Positions 48,663 to 58,578 are shown, numbered from the stretch's first letter. The stretch: DNA of 64,000 nt from a virus (IMGVR_UViG_3300037827_000187:2026-66025), one strand, 5' to 3'. Made by a program: numbers and translations. Notes: generated by a model not told the origin, from the sequence alone.

Positions 48663-49994
48663 ATGGAATTACCACTGCGTAGAATTGTACCGGGGAGTGT
48701 GGTAAAACTCCCCGTTGATCTCATTCAACAGGCAGGCGGAGCCGAACTAGGGATCTTCATGGGGGCTGAGTATACTGATCAGCCTACAAAGACTGTATTT
48801 CCCTATGTTGAGGCCCTGGTGGGGCAAACATTCCAAATGAATGCTCTGCCTGAGAGACCTGAGGCTGAAGGATGGGAAGTTGTAGAGGATCCAATAGTTC
48901 TGGGGAATTTTGCGAAGCGAGAGCTGTGGATTCCCCACCTGGATGTAATGTCAGGGACGGATCCTGAAATATTCTGCACGAATCATGGTGGGGATATTGT
49001 GCTTCCAGCGTGGAAGTATCTCCAATCAGAGGCAGAGTGCGAGACTTGGTATAGCAGCCTTGATGAGGCTGATCCAAAGAGATTCTGGGATGGTGTGCAG
49101 GCGGAATGGTGCCCACCGGCTAGCCGAGTTATAGGGAAGGTGTTGGAAGGTATTCACAATGGGATGCGGCAGATAAGGATTGCGGCCCGTAGGGTTGATC
49201 CTGATGCTCAGTTGAGCATTAGTTCAACTGTGGAGTTGACAGAGGACCAAGTTAAGCGGGCTAGCCCTGCTCATCTGGCTTTCCGATGCAGCCCTAGCAT
49301 GAATGTTTATGAGGATCAAGGGTTTGATCCACCGAATCCAATTGAATTCAGAGAACGCTACGCGGGAGGACATCTGCATGGAGGAATCACCCGAAGATTT
49401 ACGGCGCCGGTTATCGGAGAGATTGTCAAGGCTTTTGATGGAGTTATTGGCGTTGCAGGGGTTAGCCTTGCAGCCGGGATGGACGATCCGAGACGCCGCC
49501 GTTACTATGGGCGTGCGGGAGAATTCAGATTACCATCCCACGGTATCGAATACCGTGTCCTTTCTAATTTCTGGCTCTGTAGTCCGGCGATCACAGAGTT
49601 AGTAATGAGTCTGTTTCGTCAGGTAATGAGCTTTGGGGCCTCCGGGCTTTATCGAGTAGCATGGAAAGCGGATCAAGAACGAGTCCGCGAGGTCATAAAC
49701 AATTGCGACGTAGATCAAGCACGAGCAATGCTCGCAGAAAACCGCGCAAGTCTAGCCGTGCTCATCAAAAAGTGCGGGTGGACACCAGAGGCAAGCGCGT
49801 TCGCGCTAGAAACGCTGTTAAACGGCGTAGCGTATGCAGTAAAAAATCCCGCCGACCTAATGAAAAACTGGCATCTGGAGGACAATCAGTGGGAAAAATA
49901 CGGAAAGCACTCGGGGGGTGGGTGGGAGAGTCATATATCCAGCCAGTTGTACCCTGCCCACTCTGCCACGGAACAGGCTGGGAAGTTAGTTTAA
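48663..49994 (+). CDS. phiEco32-like COOH-NH2 ligase type 2, paralogue 1
   Basis: GTDPEIF, DGVQAE, RYAGGHLH, RR.YYGRAGEFR...GIEYRVLSNFW. Confidence 0.85.
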   Translation: MELPLRRIVPGSVVKLPVDLIQQAGGAELGIFMGAEYTDQPTKTVFPYVEALVGQTFQMNALPERPEAEGWEVVEDPIVLGNFAKRELWIPHLDVMSGTDPEIFCTNHGGDIVLPAWKYLQSEAECETWYSSLDEADPKRFWDGVQAEWCPPASRVIGKVLEGIHNGMRQIRIAARRVDPDAQLSISSTVELTEDQVKRASPAHLAFRCSPSMNVYEDQGFDPPNPIEFRERYAGGHLHGGITRRFTAPVIGEIVKAFDGVIGVAGVSLAAGMDDPRRRRYYGRAGEFRLPSHGIEYRVLSNFWLCSPAITELVMSLFRQVMSFGASGLYRVAWKADQERVREVINNCDVDQARAMLAENRASLAVLIKKCGWTPEASAFALETLLNGVAYAVKNPADLMKNWHLEDNQWEKYGKHSGGGWESHISSQLYPAHSATEQAGKLV

Positions 49995-50332
49995 CGGGGG
50001 CCATGAGGCCTGGATCAAGGGCGCGCCTGCGTGATATGTGCATGCTTTGTGAGGGGCGGCGTGTAGTCCCGCAAGAGGTGTGCAGAGGATGTGGACGACC
50101 AGCTTGGGTCCAAACTCCAATCATCTCATTTTGTGGTGAGGATACTTGCCTACAAAAGTTGATCGAATTCATTAATCCCAAAAAGGTCAAGATGATTGAC
50201 ATTGTGGAGAAGAACAAGAGCCGCTTTGAGAAGATGAAAGGCGGAGCTGAACAACAGGTATTTGACATCGTCGCTGCGGCCCGGAGATTGGGTCCTGATG
50301 ATGAGGAAGATTTCACGAGGTATTGCTGCTGA
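49922..50332 (+). CDS. Cys-rich zinc-finger protein (DnaJ-like CxxCxGxG)
   Basis: CPLCHGTG, CMLCEG, CRGC; start inferred. Confidence 0.5.
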   Translation: MGESYIQPVVPCPLCHGTGWEVSLTGAMRPGSRARLRDMCMLCEGRRVVPQEVCRGCGRPAWVQTPIISFCGEDTCLQKLIEFINPKKVKMIDIVEKNKSRFEKMKGGAEQQVFDIVAAARRLGPDDEEDFTRYCC

Positions 50333-50430
50333 TGGCACATTTACTTGACATTGGATTATTTATCCTTTTGGCGGGCGCCGGTGCTGTCTTGATTGCAATA
50401 GCGTATCGGATCGCGACGGACTGGGATTAA
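50332..50430 (+). CDS. 32-aa single-TM peptide
   Basis: TGATG coupling; MAHLLDIGLFILLAGAGAVLIAIAYRIATDWD. Confidence 0.45.
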   Translation: MAHLLDIGLFILLAGAGAVLIAIAYRIATDWD

Positions 50431-50436
50431 CACAAG

Positions 50437-50821
50437 TTCTTCGTCCGGTTTCAGCAACCACACGAAACGGGCTTTGCTTATGCTCACGAGGAACCTATTG
50501 CGGCTCGGAGGGCCGGAGGGGATAGCCCCTTGGATAGGCGCTTTGTTTGCATCGGTTAGTTCTTAAGGAAGCGGTTGGAAGATTGTGGCCTCTGTGGGCG
50601 AGGCAGATGAGCGGCTATTGACGCAGGTGGAACTCCTGGTTGAGTCGTTGCTCCCAAGATACGCAGGCCAACAAACCTCCGGGTTTTAGTGCGGCGTTCT
50701 TGCGAGCTTCTTGTCCGGCCTCCCGATAGTAAAACATGTCACAAAGCTAGCCGGGGAATTAGGTCTCTAATTGAGGCGGAGATTTGCACACGTGTTGGCA
50801 ATACTGAAACCGGATGGAGGA
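50437..50821 (+). ncRNA. Candidate ~385-nt structured ncRNA
   Basis: 18-bp terminal helix 50437-50454/50804-50821 with 3 G-U pairs; many internal helices; no good ORF. Confidence 0.6.
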
Positions 50822-50917
50822 ATAAGGAGGGCAGGATGGAAAGCGCAGATTTACGGGAGGTAGCGCTACGACTCGCGGAGCGAGGCAAAAGTTTCTTCGG
50901 TAACAAGTTGGAGGAGC

Positions 50918-51097
50918 ATGAAATACCCAAAAAGGATTATCCGCCGAGTTATCGTTTTGATGGAGGATGGCCTGGATATCCTCGATCGAGCGACCGACAA
51001 TAACTTTTTAACCAAAAAGCAGATCCTGGAGTTGGAAAAGGGATACGACTGTCTCTTGGAGGCTCAGATTCTGCTCAAGGAGGGCAGGAAGAAATGA
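50918..51097 (+). CDS. 59-aa hypothetical protein
   Basis: GGAGGAG RBS; ATGA overlap with the next gene. Confidence 0.55.
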   Translation: MKYPKRIIRRVIVLMEDGLDILDRATDNNFLTKKQILELEKGYDCLLEAQILLKEGRKK

Positions 51098-51441
51098 ATT
51101 ACGGTGGATTAGGATGCTGCGGGGTTGGTAGTGTGATGGGGTTCCCCTATGACACGATGGTGGGGAATGGTACTGACTATGAAGCCAAGCGCCTGGAGGA
51201 TCTGGAGGCGGCGCTAAAGAAGCCTGCAATTGGTGACGAGATTTATGCAATCCCCAAGCTCGGTGCCCAGCTCGCCGTCGTGACAGCGGAGCAAAGCCGA
51301 GCCAAGGCCATCCTCATCAAGTATGGCTTCAAAGAGGTGGCGAAGTTCAAATCCACCCACGGGAATGGCAAGGATCTTTTCCTCCTGGTAAGGGGGGACA
51401 CCGTGGAGAAGATCATCAAGAAGAAAAAGAAGGTGCTTTGA
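51094..51441 (+). CDS. CC-motif paralogue 1 (GNAT-like C-terminus)
   Basis: GCCG...GFP...Q.RAKAILIKYGFKEV...LFLLVRG. Confidence 0.65.
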   Translation: MNYGGLGCCGVGSVMGFPYDTMVGNGTDYEAKRLEDLEAALKKPAIGDEIYAIPKLGAQLAVVTAEQSRAKAILIKYGFKEVAKFKSTHGNGKDLFLLVRGDTVEKIIKKKKKVL

Positions 51442-51803
51442 TGGAGACGACTGTCTTTCCGAGATGTTGTGCGCTCAATATCCTCTCGGGGTTTCCGGCC
51501 GATACGTCTATATCCCTGGATGAGTTGTTGGCGCAAATACCCCAGAAAATCAAGGACCATGAAACCGGAGTCTACGGGGTGGGTTATTGTGCCCTATCGG
51601 GCTACTCACCATATATCCGGGCGCACGTGCTTGCTGTTTCGGGGAAACAGCTCAAAGCCAAGGCGAAGTTGGAGACCCTGGGATACAGGCTTCTTGGAAG
51701 CTGTTTGAGTGCCCACTCATCCAAGGATCCTTACAGTCTTGGCTATTACCGAATTTATCTCATGGGAAAGGGTTTTGACCTTCCCGGAATGGAGCCCAAA
51801 TGA
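51438..51803 (+). CDS. CC-motif paralogue 2
   Basis: RCCA...GFP...Q.KAKAKLETLGYRLL...IYLMGKG. Confidence 0.65.
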   Translation: MMETTVFPRCCALNILSGFPADTSISLDELLAQIPQKIKDHETGVYGVGYCALSGYSPYIRAHVLAVSGKQLKAKAKLETLGYRLLGSCLSAHSSKDPYSLGYYRIYLMGKGFDLPGMEPK

Positions 51804-52075
51804 CATCACGAAAATTCATGATGTGTTGTTCAGCGGCGGAGTTGGGAGGTTTGTGGATGGACACCAGTGTCCAGGGTATCTTGGACACACTGATGCCCAA
51901 CAAGCTCTTGCATATTGCAACCGTAGTCCCCAAGGTACAAGCAGCGGCATTTGATCATTTGAAAGGCGCTGGATTCAAGAGCGTCGGAACATATAAGGGC
52001 CGCGACGGACGAGTCCATCTTATGGTAAAGGGTTTGACCAAGCACAACGCTCGGTCAAAACAAGAAGCCCAGTAG
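51800..52075 (+). CDS. CC-motif paralogue 3
   Basis: MCCS...GL...Q.AAFDHLKGAGFKSV...VHLMVKG. Confidence 0.65.
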   Translation: MTSRKFMMCCSAAELGGLWMDTSVQGILDTLMPNKLLHIATVVPKVQAAAFDHLKGAGFKSVGTYKGRDGRVHLMVKGLTKHNARSKQEAQ

Positions 52076-52362
52076 TAAGGGGCTTCATTTCGAGCAGCGA
52101 AGTGACACCACACAAGTTTGATGCGCAAACGCGCTCCTTGTCCAATGCCACCTCAAAGTAACACTGCGAGATAGTGCGTTAGGTGAGCGCTCCTTCGGGG
52201 GCCTGTGCCGTAGTGGGAAGAGGCTACAGGATCGGATTTCACTAGTGGTCCCGTCTTGTATGTTCGCACGAAAAGCTCAACTTTCCCACGATACCCCAAG
52301 CGCCTGAGGCATGTTCAGGCTTTAGGGCTTGGTCCAAGGCAGGACGGGGGAAACCCCGTCCT
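52076..52362 (+). ncRNA. Candidate ~290-nt structured ncRNA
   Basis: cUUCGg hairpin 52189-52202, 9-bp GAAA hairpin 52341-52362, GTGGGAAG/TTTCCCAC helix. Confidence 0.55.
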
Positions 52363-52382
52363 TCTGGTTCCCAGGAGGGGAC

Positions 52383-53138
52383 ATGAACGTACCACTTTGG
52401 GTACTGAAAGCTTCGTTTAGACCCTATGGGTCAAAGATGCCAGAGAGACCCGTGACATTGAATCCTTATGCGCCGGTGCATGGCTATGGGTCGGTGTGGC
52501 ATCCCGAATCACTGTGTGCACAGTGCGCCCTGTCTATCAAGGGGACAGATTGGGTGTTTAGGAGTGGAAGTTACGTGCACAGGTTGTGTGAGACAGACTT
52601 TGTAAACAAGTCATCTATCAAGCTGGGGCCAAGCACGCTTGAGTCTCCCAGACGTAGCCGTCGAAGGGCCGGGTTTCACAAACAATCCGATGAGCCTGAT
52701 CCTATACCGGATGGCAATTTGGGGGATTCAGAGTATCGGTTCTGGATTGGCACCGAGCAAAATCCCTCAATGTTCGCAATGTGCCGGGCCTGTCGGTGCT
52801 CAGTTTATGGGGAGAAGGACCGGAATGAACACAAGAAAGATGCTCGATATTGGGTGGGCAGTGATGCCTGCACTCAACAACTCATCGAGGTTTATCGACG
52901 CTTGCTAGGCAAGAAAGAGTGTGTGATTTGTCACAAGCATACTACATGGAAGAAATGGGGAGTGCCAATCTGTGGCAAGGAGTGTGAGCGCGCATGGAAG
53001 TTCAGTCAAGTGTGGCACACAGCGGTGAAGGACACCCTGGACGAGGTTCGGAGGAAGCTGTACGCGGAAGTGGCCACGAATCTAAAGTCTGGTGGCTCCG
53101 AAACTTCGGAATCCATGTCAATTCTACCCCCCGATTAA
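52383..53138 (+). CDS. Cys-rich multi-zinc-finger hypothetical protein
   Basis: CAQC, HRLC, CRAC, CVIC, CGKEC; AGGAGG RBS. Confidence 0.6.
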   Translation: MNVPLWVLKASFRPYGSKMPERPVTLNPYAPVHGYGSVWHPESLCAQCALSIKGTDWVFRSGSYVHRLCETDFVNKSSIKLGPSTLESPRRSRRRAGFHKQSDEPDPIPDGNLGDSEYRFWIGTEQNPSMFAMCRACRCSVYGEKDRNEHKKDARYWVGSDACTQQLIEVYRRLLGKKECVICHKHTTWKKWGVPICGKECERAWKFSQVWHTAVKDTLDEVRRKLYAEVATNLKSGGSETSESMSILPPD

Positions 53139-53271
53139 CATTGTATGGTTGGGTGTCTTTGCCAGAATGGGAAGTTTGGATTATGAAAGAGGGTAAGCCG
53201 GTTAGAACACTTTCTTATGATCCAAATCTAGCCAAGGTGTGGGAGTTGCTTGTGGAAGTGGTGGATGCCCA

Positions 53272-53799
53272 GTGAAGAACTTCGGAGAGTTTCGGAAGAT
53301 GGCGAATGATTATCTACCAGAAAAGTTGTTTTCACCAAAGCCATTTCCTGGCCCGTATCCTACGAGGTGGGTTGTTGGATTGAATCATCGAATCCCAAGG
53401 ACTGATAGAGATGAGACGTTCAGTTACTTTGGCAGGCCTTGCAAGCAGGTTGTCCAACACATACAACCCTTTTTTGCATATGATGCTTATCTTATCTGGA
53501 CAGAGTTTGACCAGAATGGCGTGATTCAAAAGATTGACTGCGCGCTTCCCTTGATGGATTGTTATCCGGTGGCCCGGTATTGGCAGCCAGAGGGAATTCA
53601 ATACTATTATCCCTTCAGTCAAGGACTGACCTTGGCAGAGATATGGCTTCGCGAAGTAGTATCCACGCGGATGATTGTTAAACCACGGGCCTATACCTGT
53701 TATATGCCGTTTGCGCACAAAGAGGGGGTACAGACGGCATATAATCTAGTGAAAGGACACGAAGAATGGCTTCAAAAGGCAAACATTCAATACAAGTGA
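53272..53799 (+). CDS. Hypothetical protein
   Basis: GTGA overlap start. Confidence 0.55.
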   Translation: MKNFGEFRKMANDYLPEKLFSPKPFPGPYPTRWVVGLNHRIPRTDRDETFSYFGRPCKQVVQHIQPFFAYDAYLIWTEFDQNGVIQKIDCALPLMDCYPVARYWQPEGIQYYYPFSQGLTLAEIWLREVVSTRMIVKPRAYTCYMPFAHKEGVQTAYNLVKGHEEWLQKANIQYK

Positions 53800-54008
53800 T
53801 TGACTTCGGGAAGCTGAAGCCTCCTGTGAGCAAGGCTGCGCGTTATAAAGCAAAGTGCGTCAATTGTGGCCGGAATCACTATGAGAGCGTGCCATTTTAT
53901 GGCTTTGTGTGCAAGCCTTGTGGATTCGAGAATGATGGGATCTATTCTGTGGCCGTCCCAACTCAAGCAAGGCCAGGATATCCGATCAAACCGGCAGATG
54001 AATTCTAA
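53796..54008 (+). CDS. Small zinc-ribbon protein
   Basis: CVNC, CKPC. Confidence 0.5.
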   Translation: MIDFGKLKPPVSKAARYKAKCVNCGRNHYESVPFYGFVCKPCGFENDGIYSVAVPTQARPGYPIKPADEF

Positions 54009-55541
54009 ATGAGTGAATGGATCACAAAACGAGAGGCTTTTTATCGGATGGCTATCCAGCAGGGATTGGCCGGGTCAGAGCAGCTTGATACGGTGTTTCC
54101 CCTGGGATATAATGTCCCAGAGCTACGCCTGCGTAAGTGGCTACGACGCTTGATCTGTTCGCCATCGCATCTGCTTAATGGGCGAAGGATCGTGAATAGA
54201 TTCAAACTGGGGGCAGATCCGGAGTTCATTTTTACTTATCAAGGGGCACGAGTTAATGCCTCAGGGTTGAATCTTAAGCAAGGGCAAGCTTTTGGGGCAG
54301 ATAACAATGGGCGCCTGACAGAGATTCGACCGTATCCTTCAAGGAGTTCTCTTGATGTAGTGGCCTCAGTTCTGGACACATTGAGGTGGATGGTCATCCT
54401 GAAGCCCAAGACAAAGGATCTAGCTTGGGAATCAGGAGCCTTTCTTCAAGACGATGGCTTAGGAGGCCATGTTCACTTTGGACGCAAGAGACCACACCGA
54501 GATCAAGAAATTACCGCCCTTGATTGCATTGAGGAACTGCTGTTATCTCTCGGGGCCTATCCAATCAACGATGTTATCCGACGCCGACGCGGAGATGCTC
54601 ATCGACAAATATATGGTGCTCTCCACGACTTTAGGCTCCAGGCCCATGGTTATGAATACAGGACTTTTCCCAGTTGGCTGGACAGCCCCGAACTGGCGTT
54701 CATGACCATTACGTTTGCGAAGCTGGCGGTGCAGAACCCTCTGATTTGTCAAGGGATGCAAGTTTCCACCCAGGCTGTGCTAAATCTTCAAAAGTTGAAG
54801 AATCTCCTGGCTTATTATCGAGACATTGACAATGATGCTCGGTTGCTCCTCATCATGCTCAATCAAGGATTGTTCCCTCAACACATTGGAGGGGATTTTC
54901 GAGGACGATGGGGCATACCAGTAATGGTGGAAGTTGCCAAAGAACACGGAGTAAGCGTGATCCCTCCGGCGATTAAGCCAAGGCCGGAGACAATCAAGGA
55001 ACTGACGGAGCATTTCGCCTTTGGGAAACCTTTGGGATTTTCAGGCAAGATGACTCCAACATGGATGCCTTATACTATTCCACCTGGCTACACCATGTGC
55101 ATAAATAATGTTGTGACGGATCAAGCAAAGGGATTTGGGGAGTTGATTTGGGATCTGTGTGTATCAAAGAACTTCACGATTAACTTCACAGCCGGAGGGG
55201 GGCGAGACATTGAAGCGCCAGGACGAGGGGGCATTACTGTCGCGAGCAATATTGCCAAGCTGTTGCCTGAGGGATGGCAACGAACATTGCACGGCGTGAA
55301 GATTGGAAAGCAACGGGATAACAGCATTGCGCTGGCCGCGTCCACGCGAGAAGGACCTCAGGCCCGGTTAACGAAGGATATATTGACCAGCGGGGCTTTC
55401 CCGATATGGCGGGCCAAGGATCTTCAACCGGATTCCTATGAGCAGTGGGCCAAGCACGCAAAGCCTGCCTCAACAAAGAAACCTGCGGCATCGAGAAGCA
55501 AGTTGTTGTATAATACCAGCCCGATTCCGGGTATGGTCTGA
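54009..55541 (+). CDS. phiEco32-like COOH-NH2 ligase type 2, paralogue 2, with C-terminal extension
   Basis: LGADPEF, GAD...EIRP.P, LGGHVHFG, YG...DFR...HGYEYRTFPSWL. Confidence 0.85.
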   Translation: MSEWITKREAFYRMAIQQGLAGSEQLDTVFPLGYNVPELRLRKWLRRLICSPSHLLNGRRIVNRFKLGADPEFIFTYQGARVNASGLNLKQGQAFGADNNGRLTEIRPYPSRSSLDVVASVLDTLRWMVILKPKTKDLAWESGAFLQDDGLGGHVHFGRKRPHRDQEITALDCIEELLLSLGAYPINDVIRRRRGDAHRQIYGALHDFRLQAHGYEYRTFPSWLDSPELAFMTITFAKLAVQNPLICQGMQVSTQAVLNLQKLKNLLAYYRDIDNDARLLLIMLNQGLFPQHIGGDFRGRWGIPVMVEVAKEHGVSVIPPAIKPRPETIKELTEHFAFGKPLGFSGKMTPTWMPYTIPPGYTMCINNVVTDQAKGFGELIWDLCVSKNFTINFTAGGGRDIEAPGRGGITVASNIAKLLPEGWQRTLHGVKIGKQRDNSIALAASTREGPQARLTKDILTSGAFPIWRAKDLQPDSYEQWAKHAKPASTKKPAASRSKLLYNTSPIPGMV

Positions 55542-55574
55542 GAGAAAGTCCTGGGATGCCAGGAAGGAGCTGAC

Positions 55575-56573
55575 ATGTGTGGAATATGCGGCATCAGGCG
55601 CTTCGGCCCTGAGCCTATTACTCCGGATCAGATTAATATCATGCTGATCCAGAATGAAAAACGTGGTATGCAAGCCACCGGAGTTGCCCTCCAACAGGCG
55701 GATGGGTCAATTCAAGTTTGGAAGAAGGATGAGCCTGCCTGGAGGTTTGTTACACTGCCGGGATTCAAGGAGTTCATTGCGGCGAACTTGCATCCTGAGA
55801 CCCTTACATTCATTGGGCATACGAGGGCCGCAACGAAAGGACTGCCGTGTTTCGACAAAAACAACCATCCGATGTGGCACGGCGAGACAGCGATGGTCCA
55901 CAACGGAGTGATTCACAACGACGACGACCTGTTCAAGGAGTTCAAGCTGGAGCGGAGTGCCGAGACCGACTCCGACATCATCCGCGCGATCTTGGATTGG
56001 AAGGGGTTCACGCGAGAGGGTCTCACTACCTTGAACCGAATCCGTGGGAGTGCAGCGTTTGCCGCAATTTCCACAAAGTTCCCTGGAAAACTCGTTCTAG
56101 CGAGGAGCGGTTCTCCCCTTCAGTTAGCTGCGACTAAGAATCAGCTCCTCTGGAGTAGTGAACGGGAGCCAATCTTCCACGCCCTGCGGGACTATGAAAA
56201 GAAGTTCGGCGTCTGGATGCGGCGAAACCTCGTGGAATGTGATATGATGCCGATGAACAATGATTCGGCATATATATTCACAGATCGGCCCGAAGCCGAG
56301 GACGGTGTGGAATTTTATCCCGAAGATCCCTCCACCGGAAACTGGATGGAATGGCACCAAGAGTTCAAGAGTGCCATGACCTATACCACCCCGACCTACC
56401 GTCCCCACGAGACCTACAATGTCACAAGGATCAAGAACTACGGGGAGACGAAGATTGATATTATTCTTTGCCCCAATACAAAGTGCCGGGCTTGGCTGCC
56501 GGTTACTCCGGCCCAATTACAGAACCTGAAGACCGTCCGATGCGGGCAGTGCAAAGGGAAGTTGGCTGCATAG
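55575..56573 (+). CDS. Class II (Ntn) glutamine amidotransferase with C-terminal zinc ribbon
   Basis: MCGICG, RG..ATG, GHTRAAT, NNHP, HNGVI, ETDSD. Confidence 0.92.
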   Translation: MCGICGIRRFGPEPITPDQINIMLIQNEKRGMQATGVALQQADGSIQVWKKDEPAWRFVTLPGFKEFIAANLHPETLTFIGHTRAATKGLPCFDKNNHPMWHGETAMVHNGVIHNDDDLFKEFKLERSAETDSDIIRAILDWKGFTREGLTTLNRIRGSAAFAAISTKFPGKLVLARSGSPLQLAATKNQLLWSSEREPIFHALRDYEKKFGVWMRRNLVECDMMPMNNDSAYIFTDRPEAEDGVEFYPEDPSTGNWMEWHQEFKSAMTYTTPTYRPHETYNVTRIKNYGETKIDIILCPNTKCRAWLPVTPAQLQNLKTVRCGQCKGKLAA

Positions 56574-56687
56574 ATCCTAGGCGCCGATCACAGGAGGGCC
56601 TATGGACTGGTTCCAGTTGAGAAACACGATCATAGCACTCGTGGTGTTGGGGGCGATAATAGAAGTGAGACGAAGACGGAGGATGAT

Positions 56688-57428
56688 GTGATTGAGCTAA
56701 GGGCAAACAAGGGGCCAACAGGTCGTCTGTTGAGGCAGTTGTTGCAGCAAAAGGGGCTGCTGGCGCGGCCAGGCCAAGCCCGAGGGGTAGTCAACTATGG
56801 ACACGGGGGCGGAAGCGAGCTTCCCACACTAAATGCACGCGCGGGGACATTCAACAAATATGTCGAACTTCAAAGGCTTCATGAAAAAGGGGTCCAGACG
56901 GTGCCATTTGCCCGTACTCGGGCGGAGCTTAATGGCGTGGCGCTTGCTCGTCGTATTCACCATACACGGGGAACGGATATTGTCGTTGTGCGGGATGGCC
57001 AAGCGCATCGTGGTGGTGATTTTTACACTTCGTTGATTCCCAAGAGGAGGGAGTTCAGGGTGTGGGGCTTCCGGCGAAAGCCAATTGCCTGCTACGAGAA
57101 GGTCTTGACTTATGCACGGAAGCTTGGACTAAGAGGGAGAAGCCGTGAAATTTGGAACTGGCGAAACGGATACGCGTATAATTTTCTCCATCCTGATGGA
57201 GTACCCGCCGCCCTCAAGGCCTTGGGTGCTCAAGCCGTCGACGCATTGGGCCTGGACTTTGGGGCGGTTGACATTATCGAAGGAGAAGGGGGACGTTTAT
57301 ACGTTCTGGAAGTTAATACTGCGCCTGGGGTCGAAGGGCCACGATGGGGACTCACCAGCCTTGTGAACCACATAGCACTGTGGGCCGCAGGCGGATACAA
57401 ACGGCGCAACGGAGAGGCTAAAGCATGA
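56688..57428 (+). CDS. ATP-grasp ligase (RimK-like)
   Basis: NK...L, REFRV, A.DALGLDFGAVDII, YVLEVNTAPG. Confidence 0.9.
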   Translation: MIELRANKGPTGRLLRQLLQQKGLLARPGQARGVVNYGHGGGSELPTLNARAGTFNKYVELQRLHEKGVQTVPFARTRAELNGVALARRIHHTRGTDIVVVRDGQAHRGGDFYTSLIPKRREFRVWGFRRKPIACYEKVLTYARKLGLRGRSREIWNWRNGYAYNFLHPDGVPAALKALGAQAVDALGLDFGAVDIIEGEGGRLYVLEVNTAPGVEGPRWGLTSLVNHIALWAAGGYKRRNGEAKA

Positions 57429-57955
57429 GTACCAAGGTGCGAGTGATTCTTCAACATGATGGGCATTATGTTGAGGGTCAAAGGGCGATACGGCAGCTCC
57501 GGAAGTGCGATGGTTTGTGGGGGAAGAAGATTGATCCCACGCTCAAGGGTCCGGCACGAATTATAGCCCTTTTTGAAAACCTTCGAGGGGGTTATCATAG
57601 AGATGAACTGTGGATCCTAAGAGAACCCCGCAAAATGCCTCGGAAGAAAAGCAAATATATTGGATTTGCTCGGTATGCGGGGATTGGCAAAAAGATCTAT
57701 TCCAAGAAAGACACACTTAAAGCGGAGGCCCAAATAAGAGCCGTCGCAAGGAGAATCCATGGTAGACGTGTCCAACCTGCCCGTGCAAGGCAACTCGCGG
57801 GTCGTCTCAACTTCCCCCCCAGGGGAAGAGTGCCGTTGCAATTTGATGACCTTGCCCCACTTCAAGCACCAATGCCAGCCGCGCCAGGACAAATGCGGTG
57901 GCACGTTGTCCAAGACGTGCCCAGGGACTTCATTCGTCAAAGAGACGAAGGATAG
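57425..57955 (+). CDS. Basic hypothetical protein
   Basis: ATGA coupling; Arg/Lys-rich. Confidence 0.55.
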   Translation: MSTKVRVILQHDGHYVEGQRAIRQLRKCDGLWGKKIDPTLKGPARIIALFENLRGGYHRDELWILREPRKMPRKKSKYIGFARYAGIGKKIYSKKDTLKAEAQIRAVARRIHGRRVQPARARQLAGRLNFPPRGRVPLQFDDLAPLQAPMPAAPGQMRWHVVQDVPRDFIRQRDEG

Positions 57956-58131
57956 AGGTACAGGATGGTTCTGCGGGCATCATCTTCGATATATATTCCC
58001 GATGTGGGTTCTTATTGATGGAGTCCCGGTGGCCACCTGCGATGATTGTTTTCTCGACGACCTTTGGAACCAGAATATGGTTCTGGGAGACACGGAGGAT
58101 ATCCCTAGTGTGGAAATGGATGACATCATTA

Positions 58132-58578
58132 GTGAAGCGCCCCTTGATACCTCAGGAGTTTGATTTCACTCGTGCAGCTTATCAGTATTATTGCACTTTC
58201 CTGCACGGGACGATTCACTCTGCGGTGTTCCAGGGGCAGTGTAATCCTGTGCCCCGACAAGGGAGCACGATCTTCGTCTCTCTAAACAATGGCCGCGTGG
58301 GACGATATTATCTGTACTATGTGAATCCCCTGCGAGATTATAGCTATGGCTTTCGGGCTATAGGAGATTTCCAAGGCTACAAGGAGGACTATGCCGATCG
58401 AGTGGGAGACTTTAAAAAGAAAGCTGATGCTCCCTTTGGGCAAGGTGCGCCATTACCAAGAGGAGGCGCGACGACGCATGATATTGACGCTTGGGGGCTA
58501 CGATCCGGTGACCGTCCGGTTTCTGTGTTACAGGGCAGGCCTGCTCTCCGAACAGACTCTAACTGGCTCATTCTCTAA
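58132..58578 (+). CDS. Hypothetical protein
   Basis: Start uncertain; overlaps the next ORF. Confidence 0.35.
   Translation: MKRPLIPQEFDFTRAAYQYYCTFLHGTIHSAVFQGQCNPVPRQGSTIFVSLNNGRVGRYYLYYVNPLRDYSYGFRAIGDFQGYKEDYADRVGDFKKKADAPFGQGAPLPRGGATTHDIDAWGLRSGDRPVSVLQGRPALRTDSNWLIL

Noticed and set aside
50623-50638. tRNA T-arm-like GCAGGTGGAACTCCTG
   Set aside because: No cloverleaf, acceptor stem or CCA; treated as part of the larger RNA candidate
44291-50676. Shared GGCCAACAAAC between two RNA candidates
   Set aside because: Shared 11-mers are expected by chance in 64 kb; no wider alignment visible
50437-50821. Retron msr-msd or self-splicing intron interpretation
   Set aside because: No reverse transcriptase in the window, no group I/II core motifs recognised and no interrupted gene
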